From positions 12,296,184 to 12,360,183 of the forward strand of contig MU058844.1 of NCBI GenBank assembly GCA_013265495.1: a stretch of 64,000 bases of DNA, in the 5' to 3' direction. Made by a program: the position numbers and the translations under genes. Source of the DNA: Vicugna vicugna (Eukaryota). Numbering within the stretch: the stretch's first letter is position 1; each line of letters opens with the position of its first letter. Under the pieces are notes generated by a model that saw nothing but the letters and a program-made list of their open reading frames with translations, made no database searches and was not told the DNA's origin. Positions 40,480 to 53,280 of the stretch are shown here, piece after piece.

Positions 40480-40800
40480 TGGACCTTTAAATGTTAGAAT
40501 GCCCTGGGTTTGATCCTTAAGCATTTCTCTTCTTGAACTGCACTTACTCTTCAAGTGATTTTATTGAACACTGCGGCTTTAAACACACCAATTCACTGTT
40601 GACTTTCAAATGATTACTTACAGGCCAACTCCCTCCTCTGGGCTCTGGTCTTACATATGCTGCACCTTGACATCTTTACTAGGAGATCTGTAAACATTTC
40701 AAACATGGCATGTCTTCATTTGAACTCAGTTTCCCCTCCACAGCCTACACTTTCTTTTAGTCTTGTGCATCTCAGTGAATGGTACCATTATCCACCAAGT
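40480..40800 (+). mobile_element. L2 LINE fragment
   Basis: CTGCACCTTGACATCTTTACTAGG...CTCAGTGAATGGTACCATTATCCACC. Confidence 0.65.
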
Positions 40801-43800
40801 TGGGAGAAAGAATGGAAAAAGGTAGAGAGGGAGGAAGAATGGAAGGAAGGGAGGGAAGGAGGATGGAAAGGAGGAAATAAAGGAATGAGGTTGGGGAAAT
40901 AACCAGTTAATAGGAGTGTAATACAGTATTGGGAAATACAAAAGCAGAAACAAAAAGTTGTGAATAGAATTTTGGTGGACCAAAAACACTTTCAAAAATT
41001 GCTTTGGGAATTAGGGAATTGTTTATGCTTTATTCCCTGATTCAGATTTTACATTAAATTTTAAGAATGAGAGATAGGCATCAGAGAGAGTCAAACTTTT
41101 AAAAATTAAATGATAGGTTTGGCAAATTCCATTGAAAATGTCTTTCAACTTAACATGCAGTCAAGTTCATCAATATTCTGCTGAAGTCAAAAAAAAATTC
41201 TACTGAAAACAATACTAGCTATTTTTGAAACATGATTGTTGAGCTATAGAGACTGAGTAAAGTCCAGAATAATGTTTAGTGTTACATAAAGTAGGTTTAG
41301 GGTGCAGCCAGTTGTGAAATGTTGCCTACATGCCTGTGGGGTGGGGTTTGCTTATTTCAAGGCAGGTTTTAAAACCAAATCTGATGGCTAAAATGTGCTA
41401 AGAAAGAAGAAAGACAGGAAGAATCTCCAACACCGCTTCCTTCTCTCTCTTCACGTGTATTTAATCATCACAGAGTGCAGATCCCTGCCATGAATTTAAC
41501 CCCATAACTATTGGCTGTGATTAGCATTTCTGCCCTTGGTTGACCAAGACAACAATGGAACGACTTAATTCCCATAATGGCCCTCACACACCATCAATCA
41601 CATCCACAAGTACTTATTGGGTACCTCCGAAACCAGACGTTGTGTCATGTTCTACAAAATACATCTCTAACTTTATCCAGAAGTTGGCCCTCTGTTTTTA
41701 GTAGTATTATCATCACTATTAATTTTAACTAAAAATCTGCTACAGAGCATGAGTTTTTTCAGAATACATATTTTAAAGGAGACAATAAACCATCTGAGAG
41801 CATAATTAAGGCTTGAACGTGGTACTTCGCTCACCTCCTTTAACTCTGGAGATATTTTTCTCCCTTCTTTTTTCGCTCTGTCATGCAGTTGGAGCGCACG
41901 CTGACTCCAGCCATTTCACCAGATACCACAAACTAATGGCTGTGGGATGGCTGCCAGTTGCCCCGTAGACATGTGCTTCCCATCGGCTTATCTTTACTCA
42001 TTATTCTGTTCTTAATATCATTGTGCAAAGAATCTGAAGATTACGAAATAACAAGGTTTTCCAATATGTGGCTGTGTTTAAACATGTGATAAATTAACAA
42101 GGGGATAGTGCAATGAAAGCATTTGCATTTAATTTCCATTCAAGGCACAGAGCGAATACAGCACTACAGAAGGAAAGCAATTCGGTTTATTCTCAAGAGT
42201 TTGGGTGAGCACAAAACTAAATAAACTGAACCACAACAGGGCAGGATTTATTAAATCCTCACAACCAGTGACACCCTGAACTGTGAACCAAACTGCTCTT
42301 TCCCTTGCTTTCAAATGGCCAGAGCATAGATGCTAGATTTCCATAAATCTAGCAAAATATCACAATGAAAAAGCATTCTGTAAGCCAGTGTCCCACAGAT
42401 ACATACAATTTTAAGAAAAATTTCCATTTAAAAAAAAGTGAGAGTTACACAGGAAAAGAAAGAGGAGAAATTTTGGTCTTATACCAGTTTTTTCACACAA
42501 TCATCTTATAAACTCATTTATTTTGCAGGATTTTTTTCTGTCATTTATGAAAATAAGACAATAGAACCAAACCATTGTCCTATTTACCTCATGGTGAAAA
42601 TTGCTTTTCTGAGGTGACAAAATATTTAACTTTCTAAAGAACTTTTGAAAAGGGGAATATAAGAGAAATAGAATTACTTTTCAGTTATTAACAATTCAAT
42701 TGGAAAATCAGCATTTCTGTAGATACTCACTCCAGGATAGTTTTTACAGGATTTGTTGGATGGATATCCCTGTTTTGATAGAACTAGGCACAGGTCCAAG
42801 AACAGAGATTTAAATCTTAAATATGAAACAGTCCTTTGTTTTGCTTTTCTCATTCTTTGCAAAGCTCATTTTGTGGCTTTAAAAATATTTATTCAAGGGA
42901 TACTATCCTCAGGAACCATAACCAAGAAGTTGCCAACTTGATATTATTTCAGGGGGTGCCAAAAATGCCCTTGCAAAAAAGTCTCCCCCAGGTCCACCAT
43001 GATGCCTGAAATCTCAACAGCTGTGATTCACTCAGTTGTACCGATTGTTGCCATCTCCCTAGAGTAACCTTTAGAGGTGGGGAAGGAAGGAAGGAGGTAT
43101 GACGGCTCAGACAACCACAAGATCACTGCCCGGCACTATCATTCAGCCTACCTTTCTCCATATCACTCACAAAGATATTCTGATGTTTTCAAATGGTTAA
43201 CTGAAACCCAGCCATATCACTGCTATAGAATGTGTTTCCCAACTTATTGAGAAGAGATTTCTTGAGAAGGCCTTCAAGGAAGTTGAAGGGATGTTGGCAT
43301 CTAGGGTTCTGAGCAGAGCAGAGGTGAGGAAAGGACGAAAGGCCACCAACGACACTCCCCTATACACTGGGTAACCTGGGGACCCACAGAGAGGGAAGTC
43401 AGACTGGCCTTTAGGAACCACTCCATTTGCTTCTGAATGTTCATGGATTATATTTTGGAAAATCCTCTTTAGAATTTAACCAGCTATTTCCCTCTTCAAA
43501 AAAAATGAGGACATTTACCCAACATAAGACAGTCTCTTTTTCCATTTCTCTCACTCTCTCATTTTCAGTGGTTGCTTGGGATTTCAAAGAGTTCTAAAAT
43601 GAACCTAAAAACTTTCTTCAGCATCCTTGGATATAAAGTGTTAAGGCCTTAATATTTGAATTCACCTAAGGAGGTTGTGTTCTCTTTAGTTCTTAATCTA
43701 TAATAAACTGTAATTTATTCTTTGTGTTGCTTTATAAATGCTTTTCTGTCTTAAGACCAGTGTTTATATTAGAGAAGATAGAAGCAAAATAGGAGTTAAT

Positions 43801-44223
43801 TAGCTCTGCCTTCTTTTGTCAACTGTTAGCATCGATTAAAATAACCAGCTTCCTCCAAATTAAGGGGGAGAGCTAAAGTCTTTGGTTTATCTTAATAAAT
43901 CTTACAGGATGAACTGATAAATTCATCTAAGTGCACATATAAATTTGATTTTTAAATGCTGATCTATATGGAAATTAAAAAAAAATTAATAGTCCTAATT
44001 TTATATCATTCTGAAGGCATAGATCCTATTATTTAAAGAGAAATACTTTATTTGAAACTCATAGTATTTTTTCAGGTTTGGACTAATTTTATCCTTGCAA
44101 TGATCACTAGGTTCTGGGCATATAAAAATAATGGGAGGATTTCTAAAACCATCTTGAGTACTATGAATTCCCAGGTGTCATTATCAAAAGGCCTCATGAA
44201 ACTATTTCATGTAAAAGATCACT

Positions 44224-44859
44224 GCTGTAACAAATACCTAAACATGTGGATGCTGTTTTGGAACTAGGTAATGAGCAGTGACTAGAAGAGTTTTGAGGTA
44301 CACGCTAGAAATAGATGTTAAAGGTGATTCTGATGGTATCTCAGATGGAATTGAGGAACAAATTATTGGAAATGAGGAAGCCAAAGGGGCAGGGCTGTCC
44401 TGCAAGAGCCATGGGGGATGACACTGCCAACCCAGTGGGCCTGGAAGGTGGGACCTTGAGCCAAAGAGGGCTATTCTCAAGCCTTAAGATTTAATGGAAT
44501 TTGTCTTGCTAGGATTTGGACTTGCTTGGGACCTGTCACCCCTTCCTTCCTTCCTTCCTATTTCTCCCTTTTGGAAACAGNNNNNNNNNNNNNNNNNNNN
44601 NNNNNNNNNNNNNNNNNNNNNNNNNNNNNNNNNNNNNNNNNNNNNNNNNNNNNNNNNNNNNNNNNNNNNNNNNNNNNNNNNNNNNNNNNNNNNNNNNNNN
44701 NNNNNNNNNNNNNNNNNNNNNNNNNNNNNNNNNNNNNNNNNNNNTGCACTTTACAGTTGATGCTGAAATAAATTAGGACTTTGAGAGCTGTTGATATGGA
44801 ATGAATGTATTTTGCATGTAAGAAGGACATGGATTTGGAGGCGGGGAGCAAGGGTAGAA
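44224..44859 (+). mobile_element. MaLR (MLT1A-type) internal region, truncated and internally deleted
   Basis: GCTGTAACAAATACCTAAACATGTGG...GAGTTTTGAGGTACACGCTAGAAA...; purine-rich end abuts the LTR at 44860; partly N-masked. Confidence 0.8.
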
Positions 44860-45538
44860 TGCAACAGACAATTGTGTCCCTCCCCAAATTCACTATTGAT
44901 AGATATGAGTTTATTGCCATTTTCAACCTTGTTTCCTAGTTTATTCTGTATTTCTTCTTTGTTCCTTTCTTTTCCTTTTTGTTTCTCCCTCAATGGTTGA
45001 ATGATTTTCTTTTGTATTGTGCTTGAGTTCTTTTCTTTTTGTTTTTCGTGGTCTATTGTACGTTTTTGATTTGTGGTTACCCTGTTTTTCAAGTATGTTA
45101 CCCATTACTGTATCTACTTGCTTTTGACTGGTAATCATACAGGCTTCCCTCCCCAAATTCATATGCTGAAGCCCTAACCCCCAATGTGATAATACTTGGA
45201 GATGGGTCNNNNNNNNNNNNNNNNNNNNNNNNNNNNNNNNNNNNNNNNNNNNNNNNNNNNNNNNNNNNNNNNNNNNNNNNNNNNNNNNNNNNNNNNNNNN
45301 NNNNNNNNNNNNNNNNNNNNNNNNNNNNNNNNNNNNNNNNNCCAAGAAACGGCCACATGAGGACACACTAAGAAGGCAGGTGTCTGCAACCCAAGGAGAT
45401 CGTTCTCATTAACCAGACACTGACCCTGCTTGCACCTTCATCTTAGACCTCCAGTCTCCAGGACTGTGAGAAATACATTCCTGTTGTGTAAGCCCCCTGG
45501 TCTACAGCATTTTGTTATGACAGCCTGAGCAGACTAAC
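44860..45538 (+). mobile_element. MLT1A/B-type 3' LTR interrupted by the L1 fragment
   Basis: TGTGTCCCTCCCCAAATTCATATGCTGAAGCCCTAACCCCCAATGTGA...CAGGACTGTGAGAAATACATTCCTGTTGTGTAAGCC...AGACTAACA. Confidence 0.88.
44893..45145 (-). mobile_element. Internal L1 fragment (inter-ORF spacer to ORF2 start), TSD-flanked, no poly(A), inserted in an MLT1 LTR
   Basis: Minus strand ends ...ATGGCAATAAACTCATATCTATCAATAG (MAINSYLSI, an L1 ORF2 N-terminus). Perfect 16-bp TSD TCCCTCCCCAAATTCA at 44877-44892 and 45146-45161. Confidence 0.82.
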
Positions 45539-46409
45539 ACAAGCACCAAAGTGTTACCTCTTGAAGTTTCTACTCTTTTCCTCAAGAAAAAGAGGGATAA
45601 AAACCTCAAATGATAAAGTTAAATAATGAAGTCAATGGGTGATAAAAAGAGATTTATTTATCCTTGGAATAAGAAAACCAAATAGCATGTTTTCCTTACA
45701 ACACAATAATTACCAATTATGAAACAATTTCTTTTTGTTATCAACCAAAAAGAAAAAAAAAAAAACTACAGTACTGGTGATGATCACTCTTTCCCATCAC
45801 CAAAGGAAACTTTTCACTTATCCCTGCCTCTCCAGCACATTCACTGCCCTCTGCAGCATGAAAATATGATAAGGGTCAGAAGGGACAGGAAAACTTAACT
45901 TCAGTATTTTCCTGCTGAGCTTGAGAGTGCTTTGCAGACCCCAGCAAGATGAAAATCTTCGCTGCAGCATCAGGAAGAGAACGTCTCCCTCTAACCCTTC
46001 CTAAATTTCGATCTCCGTCAGCAGAATAACTCTACGGAAGGCACTGATTAAGAAACTCGAGGTGGGCTTTCCTTCATGCTTAAAAGGATTATCTCTGAAG
46101 GAGAAGCTTCTTTGCTCCCTACATCAGCTTTTTATAAATAATACAACTTCATTAGAATCAGTTTTTCTTTAATCCCTTAAGTTGGAGAGCCTGAGGAATT
46201 TGATTTATTGACTTCTTGACAAAAAAAGGGGGGGGTTATAGTGGAGTATTGTTCATTATTATAATGGTATAAACATATTGGTATGTAGCTGGTTTTTCGG
46301 AGGAAGGCTGATCTTGCACACTTACTCCTTAGATGGGGAGGCAATAACACACTCAAACATCTCACAGATGACTGTTCATTTCCCAGCTGTGCTGGAGTAT
46401 TAACTGTTT

Positions 46410-46520
46410 ACCCGTCAATGAATTCACGTCTCTGAGGCCCAGTTTTCTCATCTGCAAAGTGAGTTACACTGTAAGTCTCATAGAACGTTGTGAGGAATTA
46501 AATAACATATGAAGAGGTCC
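46410..46520 (+). mobile_element. MIR SINE core
   Basis: CTCTGAGGCCCAGTTTTCTCATCTGCAAAGTG...CTCATAGAACGTTGTGAGGAATTAAATAA. Confidence 0.7.
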
Positions 46521-47609
46521 TGCCATACAACAGGCATTGGATCAACAGCAGCGGTAGTTATTATAATAAGAACAAAAATAAATCCTTTATTGTTTTTCTG
46601 CCAGAGACTTTCACCACTGGGTGGCAGGTACTCAGTCTCCTCCTCCATGTCTGTGGACCCTTCGCAGTCCCCTGGGAGAATCCCTCAGGACTACCAAGAT
46701 GCTCAAGATGGGAGGTGAACAACAGCCACCAGCAGAACACTCTCTGCAGCCAAAGGAGTCACCCCAGGTGCAACAGGCTTGGCACTCTGAGAAATGTAAG
46801 CAAACAAAAGGAAACGTCTGGCCTTACTGAATAGGGATATTGACATGTCTTCAGAGATGCTTATCAGTGGGTGATAAGAAGCCTCCGGAGGTGTGTATCT
46901 GAAATCATTCTGGCAGAGGAAGGGCTGTAAGAAAACTGTCAGAATGAAGCCACCATCCTTGGGAAACTCAGAAAGAATTACAATGAAGGGGGAGCCTTGG
47001 GTGAAGACAGAAATGTACCAGTACGAGGCCATAACCAGGGAGGGGAGCAGCAGTGTCCCACAAGGAGGGACCCACAAGGAGGCAAACCTGCAGTAGTGAG
47101 CCCGCATGAGCCATCAGGGCTGCACACCGAGAGAAGGGAAGGGCACGTAGGGAAAGGTCTCGGAAGGGCCAGGCCCCTGCTGGGTATAGGACTAAGTTGT
47201 GTCTACGGTCACCATTGTTACTATTCACACCTTTTGACGCTCCACCTCTGAAATGGCCTGGGTCAGCATCACTTATAGCTGTGAAGCAAATATCTGTCTA
47301 TTTAACCTCTTTCTAGTTATTGCTATTAATTAGTTCATTTATTATTCTTCCTCCTTATCCTTCACCAATGAATCGGAAGCAGCTTACAATAAAAAGTGTC
47401 TAAACTATAGGGCCCCACTAAAATAAGAAAGAACATGACCTAATATAGGAAGGGGGAAGGAAAAATATCTGGAGGGCATTTAGGAAATATTTAGATGACA
47501 GTTAGCTGCTCTGAGCTTCTGTAGTCAAAACTAAAAAGAATGATAATGGCCTTCATAGCTTTCAGATAATCTTGGAGATGCCAACAGAGGGTACCGCTAG
47601 TGCTCACTT

Positions 47610-47952
47610 TTCCTGATCTCCTCTCCTTCCTGAGCATGTGGAAAATTGTATCTTAACCCTTTCACAGTGGGCAGGGGCGTGAGACTGGTTTTGACCAATG
47701 ACTTGTAAGCAGAAATGACATATCACTTCTGGACTGAGGCAGTACAAGGCCTTGTACCTCCTCCATGCGGCACACACATCGATTCAGAGCGGTCATCACA
47801 TCTAGGTGGCTTGGATCACAGAGGAGAAACAGCTGCTCTGGAGAGTTCCTTGACTTTGTGTGAGTGAGAAATAAACTTTCCACGTTAAGCCACTGAAATT
47901 TTAGAGTTGTCTGCTACCATGGAGTGAGCCTAGCTTGTTCTAAGTAAAATAC
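47610..47952 (+). mobile_element. Old MLT1 (I/J-type) LTR
   Basis: TTTTGACCAATGACTTGTAAGCAGAAATGACATATCACTTCTGG...GAAATAAACTTTCCACGTTAAGCCACTGAAATTTT. Confidence 0.75.
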
Positions 47953-48304
47953 CAACATAGAAGGTGCCTGACATGGAAGCCACTATATCACTTATCCCTT
48001 TAACCAGTAAAATAAGATGTATGTGCTTTCTTAGAGCAATGTAGACTTTTTTCTGGAGCTAAGTTTTTGAGAGGCATTTGTCTGATGTATCTTTAAGGGA
48101 AGAACAACAATCTAATGAAAAATGTCTTCAAAAATGAATGAGACAAAGAGTAGAGATATTTTCTTTCATCTCAACATTTAATTAAAAAAAAAATCTAGGC
48201 ACATTTTTACACTGTAATTCCTCTGGAGGCTCTAAGCTACTATGGTCCAGGTAGTTTCTGGTGATCCAGGAGGACTCAAAGATGGAGCTGAGACAGAGAT
48301 CACA

Positions 48305-48560
48305 AGTCTAGACTGAAGAAGTATTTTGCCTGGCCCACTATGTCTGAACATTTTTTGAACTAGTTGCCAACACTGAAACACCAAGAATGTCCACATAAAA
48401 AACCCTGATTTCTGGTTTCTCTTTTCTTAAAAAAATTAATTTTGGCAACACTGGGTCTACATTCCCAAGTGGTGAAGAGTCAGCTGGAGCTGAGCGGCTG
48501 CTGCCCCTTTAGCTATAGCTTGTTCTCCAAGTCTCCAAAGTCCTTCCCCCACCAACACAC
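48305..48560. mobile_element. hAT-Charlie fragment (MER102-like)
   Basis: CACATAAAAAACCCTGATTTCTGG...TGGCAACACTGGGTCTACATTCCC...GCTGGAGCTGAGCGGCTGCTGCCCCTTTAG. Confidence 0.6.
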
Positions 48561-49262
48561 ACCACTCAGTCTCATGACCTGAATGGCCCTCCTGGGTATT
48601 CGAGCTTATGACTCTAAACTTAAAAGATCCAGGACACTGGACCACCATAGAGCCTCGAGGGCATTTGTTTTGATAGTTTAGGGGACTGGGCTCCAGATTC
48701 TATCCCTTATTCTGAATCAATGAGCTCCAGCAGGAAACAGAAGGCTCATTGAAGGTGGAATGATTTGAGGAGGGTTTCATAATGTGTGGACAGGGTAGGG
48801 AGAAACCATGGGGTTGAGGGCAGCACTCTGGGCCCGAAGGCATAGTGGGGCAGGGAGTGGTCACAGAGATGTGTGATGAGGAGGGGGACAACTGGCAGGA
48901 ACAGTGACCTTCAAGAAAAGGACTCAGCTGGATGGTAGAGAAGAAACCAGGGAAAAGAACTCCTTAACCTCACTGGCCTCTCTGTCTCTGGATTTCTTGT
49001 CCCTGCCTGTCATCAGCTGAACTCAAGTGAAAGCCAGAGTGCAAAGAAACCCAGTGATGTGGTTCACAGAGGTACCTCCTGGAGCACAGAGCAGGGACGA
49101 AAGGGGAAATAAAAGGATAAGGAGGGGTGAACAGATGATAACCAGCATGGCTTTCAAGTAGAAATTTGGAGAAGGGATAATTCTACTACTGCCAAATAGT
49201 AAATCAATAGACAGAAAGACATAGATAGATAGACTATTAACCTAGGTAACTTGATGACTAGC

Positions 49263-49714
49263 TATATTAATTTGCTAGGGCTGCTATGACACAGCACCAT
49301 GAACAGGGTGGCTTCTACAATACAAATTTATTGTCTCACAGTTCTGGAGGCCAGAAGTCCAAGATCCAGGTGTCACAGGGTTCCTTCCTTCCGAGCGCTG
49401 TGAGGCAGAATCCGTCTCATGCCTCCTCCTAGCTCTTGGTGGTTTGCTGTCCGCCTTTGGTGTCCACCTTGGTTTGTACCCCCCTGATTTCTGCCTCTGA
49501 CTTCAGGTAGAGTTCTTACTGTGTACGCGTTGGTCTCTGTGTCCAAACTTCCCCTTTTTACAAGGAAACCAGTCATATAGGACTAAGGCCCACCCTAATG
49601 ACCTCATATTATTTCGCTTATCTGCAAAGACCCTATTTCTAAATGCAGTCATATTTATAAGTACTGGGGCGAAGACTTCAGCATCTCGTAGGGGGATCTG
49701 ATTCAACTCTGACA
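49263..49714 (-). mobile_element. MLT1C/D-type solo LTR
   Basis: TATTAATTTGCTAGGGCTGC...GTCTCACAGTTCTGGAGGCCAGAAGTCCAAG...CTGCAAAGACCCTATTTCTAAAT. Confidence 0.9.
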
Positions 49715-50089
49715 CTAACTTGATTCTTAGACCAGTGGTTCTCAGCTGATGGTACATTATCAGTTGTGGGTTGTGACATTTACCAGATGGAATGAAGGGT
49801 TTTCATAAAACTTACTCTTACTTTGATTTGTGTTTTCTCATTTTTCCACCTTAACGATAAAATGTATGCCCCCAAAAAACACTGTAATTTATTGTTTTTT
49901 GTGTTTTCCAAGTCACCCTAGCATTTGATTATATGCTCAAAAGTATTATTTCTATTTTAAAACACTAACGTAATTACTGTTTTGGGTTTTTTTGTACATT
50001 AAAGTTTAACAACAACTCCCAACAAAGTAAGTGCAGTGTTTATTTCCTTTGAAAGGAAGAAACTATTTCTCTAATAGTAGAATCCCTCT

Positions 50090-50231
50090 TCTTTTTTTTT
50101 TTTTTTGATCTTTTTGTGGGGGAAGGGAATTAGGTTTACTTATTTACTTTTGATGGAAGTACTCGGGGATTGAACCCAGGACCTTCTGCATGCTAAGCAT
50201 GCACTCTACCACTGAGCTGTACCCTCCTCCC
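50090..50231 (-). mobile_element. tRNA-derived camelid SINE (Vic-1-like), relatively young
   Basis: A and B boxes on the minus strand, poly(T) on plus, perfect 14-bp TSD AGTAGAATCCCTCT at 50076-50089 and 50232-50245. Confidence 0.93.
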
Positions 50232-51789
50232 AGTAGAATCCCTCTAAACATATAAATATCATTTTCGAAAAAAGGGGACCCAGGTTCTCTGATAAAGACA
50301 GTATGAGCTCTGATGCTTGAAAGGTTATAAATCACTGCCTAAGATTCCTCTCAGCTCCATCTAATTTCTTTTATAATACTAAAGATCAAAACTGGCCTTT
50401 AAATAGATTCTAAATAAACTCACACTTAAGAATGATGAAATCATCTTTAAGATCATATATTTAAGGAAACCGATACTCAAACGATGTCATAAAATAACCA
50501 GCCAAAATTACCAGAGGTGGCTTTATGAACTAAGTCCAGATTCTCTCTGAGGTGCTGCTGCCAGACTTCCACCTTTATCAGAAAATATCCTGCCAATACT
50601 TCTCTCCAAGCCACACAGGCAATCGGGCAAGGCTTTACTTGAAAATAAAAAAGGCTGGAAAATTTCAGCTCAGTCTGGAGTGGTGAAAGACCTTGCTTGA
50701 AATATTTCAGTCATTTTAATTGAATATGCTATTTTAAGAAATAACTATGTCTGAGTACCTATTTTCATATTGCATTGCCATGCTCCAAAGCAAAGTCAAA
50801 GCCTAGTTATTTCCCCCGAAGTATATTCTCCTGTCGGTCTCCATCCTCAGTTCACTTAGAGAGACCTTCAGGGCCAGAACTTACTCTGCCGTTCGTTCGC
50901 TCATTCATTCATTCCTCTTGATTTATGGAGCACCCACTATGGATAGACTCCCTTCTCTTTGCAAATTCCAAGTGCATTACTATTAGCACTGCCCTCTTGG
51001 CCAGGAACTAGAGTTGGTCTTCCAGAACATTTAAAGCTACTCTAAATTCTTTCCCCACTCTGGTTTTCCTTTTTTAAAGGAGCTAGAAGTATTTGTGGAC
51101 TATGCAAATGCTGCCCAACATGGGAATTTTGTTACAATTGTTTTTTAATTGCTTGTGAGAGATTTTGCAAGATTTATGCATAAGTAGCTTTGGGTGTTTT
51201 CTAAAGGCTTAGTTCCAACATTATGACTGTTCACTTCTTCTCTAACGGATGGCTTTGGTACTCTCAAGTCTCAACTAGGATGCTAAATCTGTTTCAGAAG
51301 ATATCTACAGTAATGTCCAATATGGTAAAACACTGGATTCAAGTCAACTGAAATGGACATGCAAGGATAGGTGGGTCCTAGACTGGGAAGAACGGGATCA
51401 CTGAAAAGATGGTGAGGCAGAAAGAAATAGGCAGAAATTCAGGTACCAAAACAAGGATCGAGATACGAAGTTGGGCCCAGAAATAAGGTAGAAATTCTCA
51501 AGGTCACAGTTGGGCTAATGTTAAGATGTCAAGCTGAGTTACTTGCCAGTAAAACAAAATCCCTTGAATCGCTCCTAACTCAGGATTGGCCTCAGAGCCC
51601 AGGTGTAGCTAACCCTGCAGAAGAGGTCAAGGAAGGGACACAGTACAGTTTGCAAAGCAGGCCCTGACGGCCCTAAACTTTCATTCATTGATTATTGGTT
51701 CCCCAATCACACAGGAACACCCATATAAGGACGTAGTTTGGGCTCTGCTTAGCACCAAAGCCAATGGAGAATTCTTTTTAGGCTCAGGA

Positions 51790-52460
51790 GAATATACACA
51801 AATATTTGTTCATGCATTTGACCAATGTATTGAGGGCCTACTCTTGGGCTCAGCCTTCGACTGTGGATAAAGTGATGCACAAGTCAGAAGGTACCTGTAC
51901 GGGTGAAAGAGTGAGAGGAGATGGGGCCAGAAAGGAAAAGCAGAGGACAGATCACGCAAGGTGTTTGGGCCAGGTCAAGATGTTTGCATTTCTTCTAAAG
52001 GCAGAGATTGTCAGATGGATCAGTGACTGGCTCTGAATTTGTTTGTTTCAGTAACTATCACTTGGTCACCGAGTAGAAAAAAGATTGTAGAGGGGCAAAA
52101 ATTACACTGAGATGGCTTAAATGATTTAACTTCCTACATGCCGGACACCTGGAGGTTACTGCAACGATCCCAGTGAAAAGTTTGGTGCCTCGGACTAGGT
52201 TGGATGTAATGGGATAGTGATGCTTTATATTTATTTAGAGGAAGAACCAACAGGATTTGCTGAAGGACGGATGAAGGAAGGAAGGAGAAAGTCCAAGTTT
52301 TTGGCCCAAGCAGTTGGAAAGATGGTTGTTGATACCATAGTCCACGGTGGAGAAGAATTGTGAAGGAGGAGGTCTGGGAGAAAAATGAGGGGTTCTGCTT
52401 TTAACAGATTAATATAGAGAAGTTAGACATTGAAGTGGGACTCACAGACAGGCCTGGAGT
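51790..52460 (-). mobile_element. L2 LINE fragment
   Basis: TTCATGCATTTGACCAATGTATTGAGGGCCTAC terminus followed by a reverse L2 body. Confidence 0.65.
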
Positions 52461-53280
52461 AGGAGAGGTCAGGGCTAAAAAGAACTTAAAAGAATGTCCC
52501 AGTTTTCTTCCGAGTTTTATTTTGACCTTGAAATGTCGTCTAAATTTCTCCTATTTAATTTACTGTTGAAAGTATGCAAAATAGGAGTTGTGACATTTTA
52601 TCAATGCTTAAAAATACTTTTTGAAAGCTTCCCCTCAGCCATCTGAAAATGTGACATGGAAAGTGTTTGTCTTTATAAAAATCAACAAGTAAATAGTGTC
52701 AAGAAGAGGAAAACCTAAGTCCCTAATCTTTATAGAGTTCAAGTTCAAAACATTAAGAAAATGACTGGAAGGAGTGTACTACCCAATGCTAATACTGATT
52801 TCTTAGAAAATTAGCTGGAAGTTATTGCACATAATGTTTTACTTGAATTGAAAGCATATTTTCACTTTAAGACAAAAATAGTTACTGCCAAAATTAGACA
52901 ATTATGGGTATAGTGCAGAAAATTACACATTTGAAAACAACTTGGCATATGCCTATGTTCCAAATTTATATGAGGTCTGAATACTTCATACCTCCTTAAG
53001 ACAAATACGTCATTCCTATTTAAATATTCTTTCTTCACAGAGGTGTCTCTGCATTTAAGAACAGTCTGATAACATACACACATCCCCTGTATAATAATGA
53101 ATATGCATGTGAATCATACCACAGAGGCTATCAAAGAAATTACGTCATTCTTTTTTCCTTTTCTTTTCTTTCCTCATGAGATCTTCCTCTAATTGACCAC
53201 AGAAAGATAAGAGCAGCCTGGTTGAGGCATGTTACTCGATTTGCCAAGACTGATTTAACTGCTGTAGCTGAGAGGTGGCT

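Noticed and set aside
41835-41914. Minus-strand first coding exon (ATG at 41914, donor GAG|GTGAGC at 41834)
   Set aside because: Careful reading gives MAGVSVRSNCMTERKKKGEKYLQS*, which stops before the donor.
47742-47757. 16-bp palindrome GTACAAGGCCTTGTAC
   Set aside because: 8-bp arms are near chance expectation in 64 kb, and it lies inside an MLT1 LTR.
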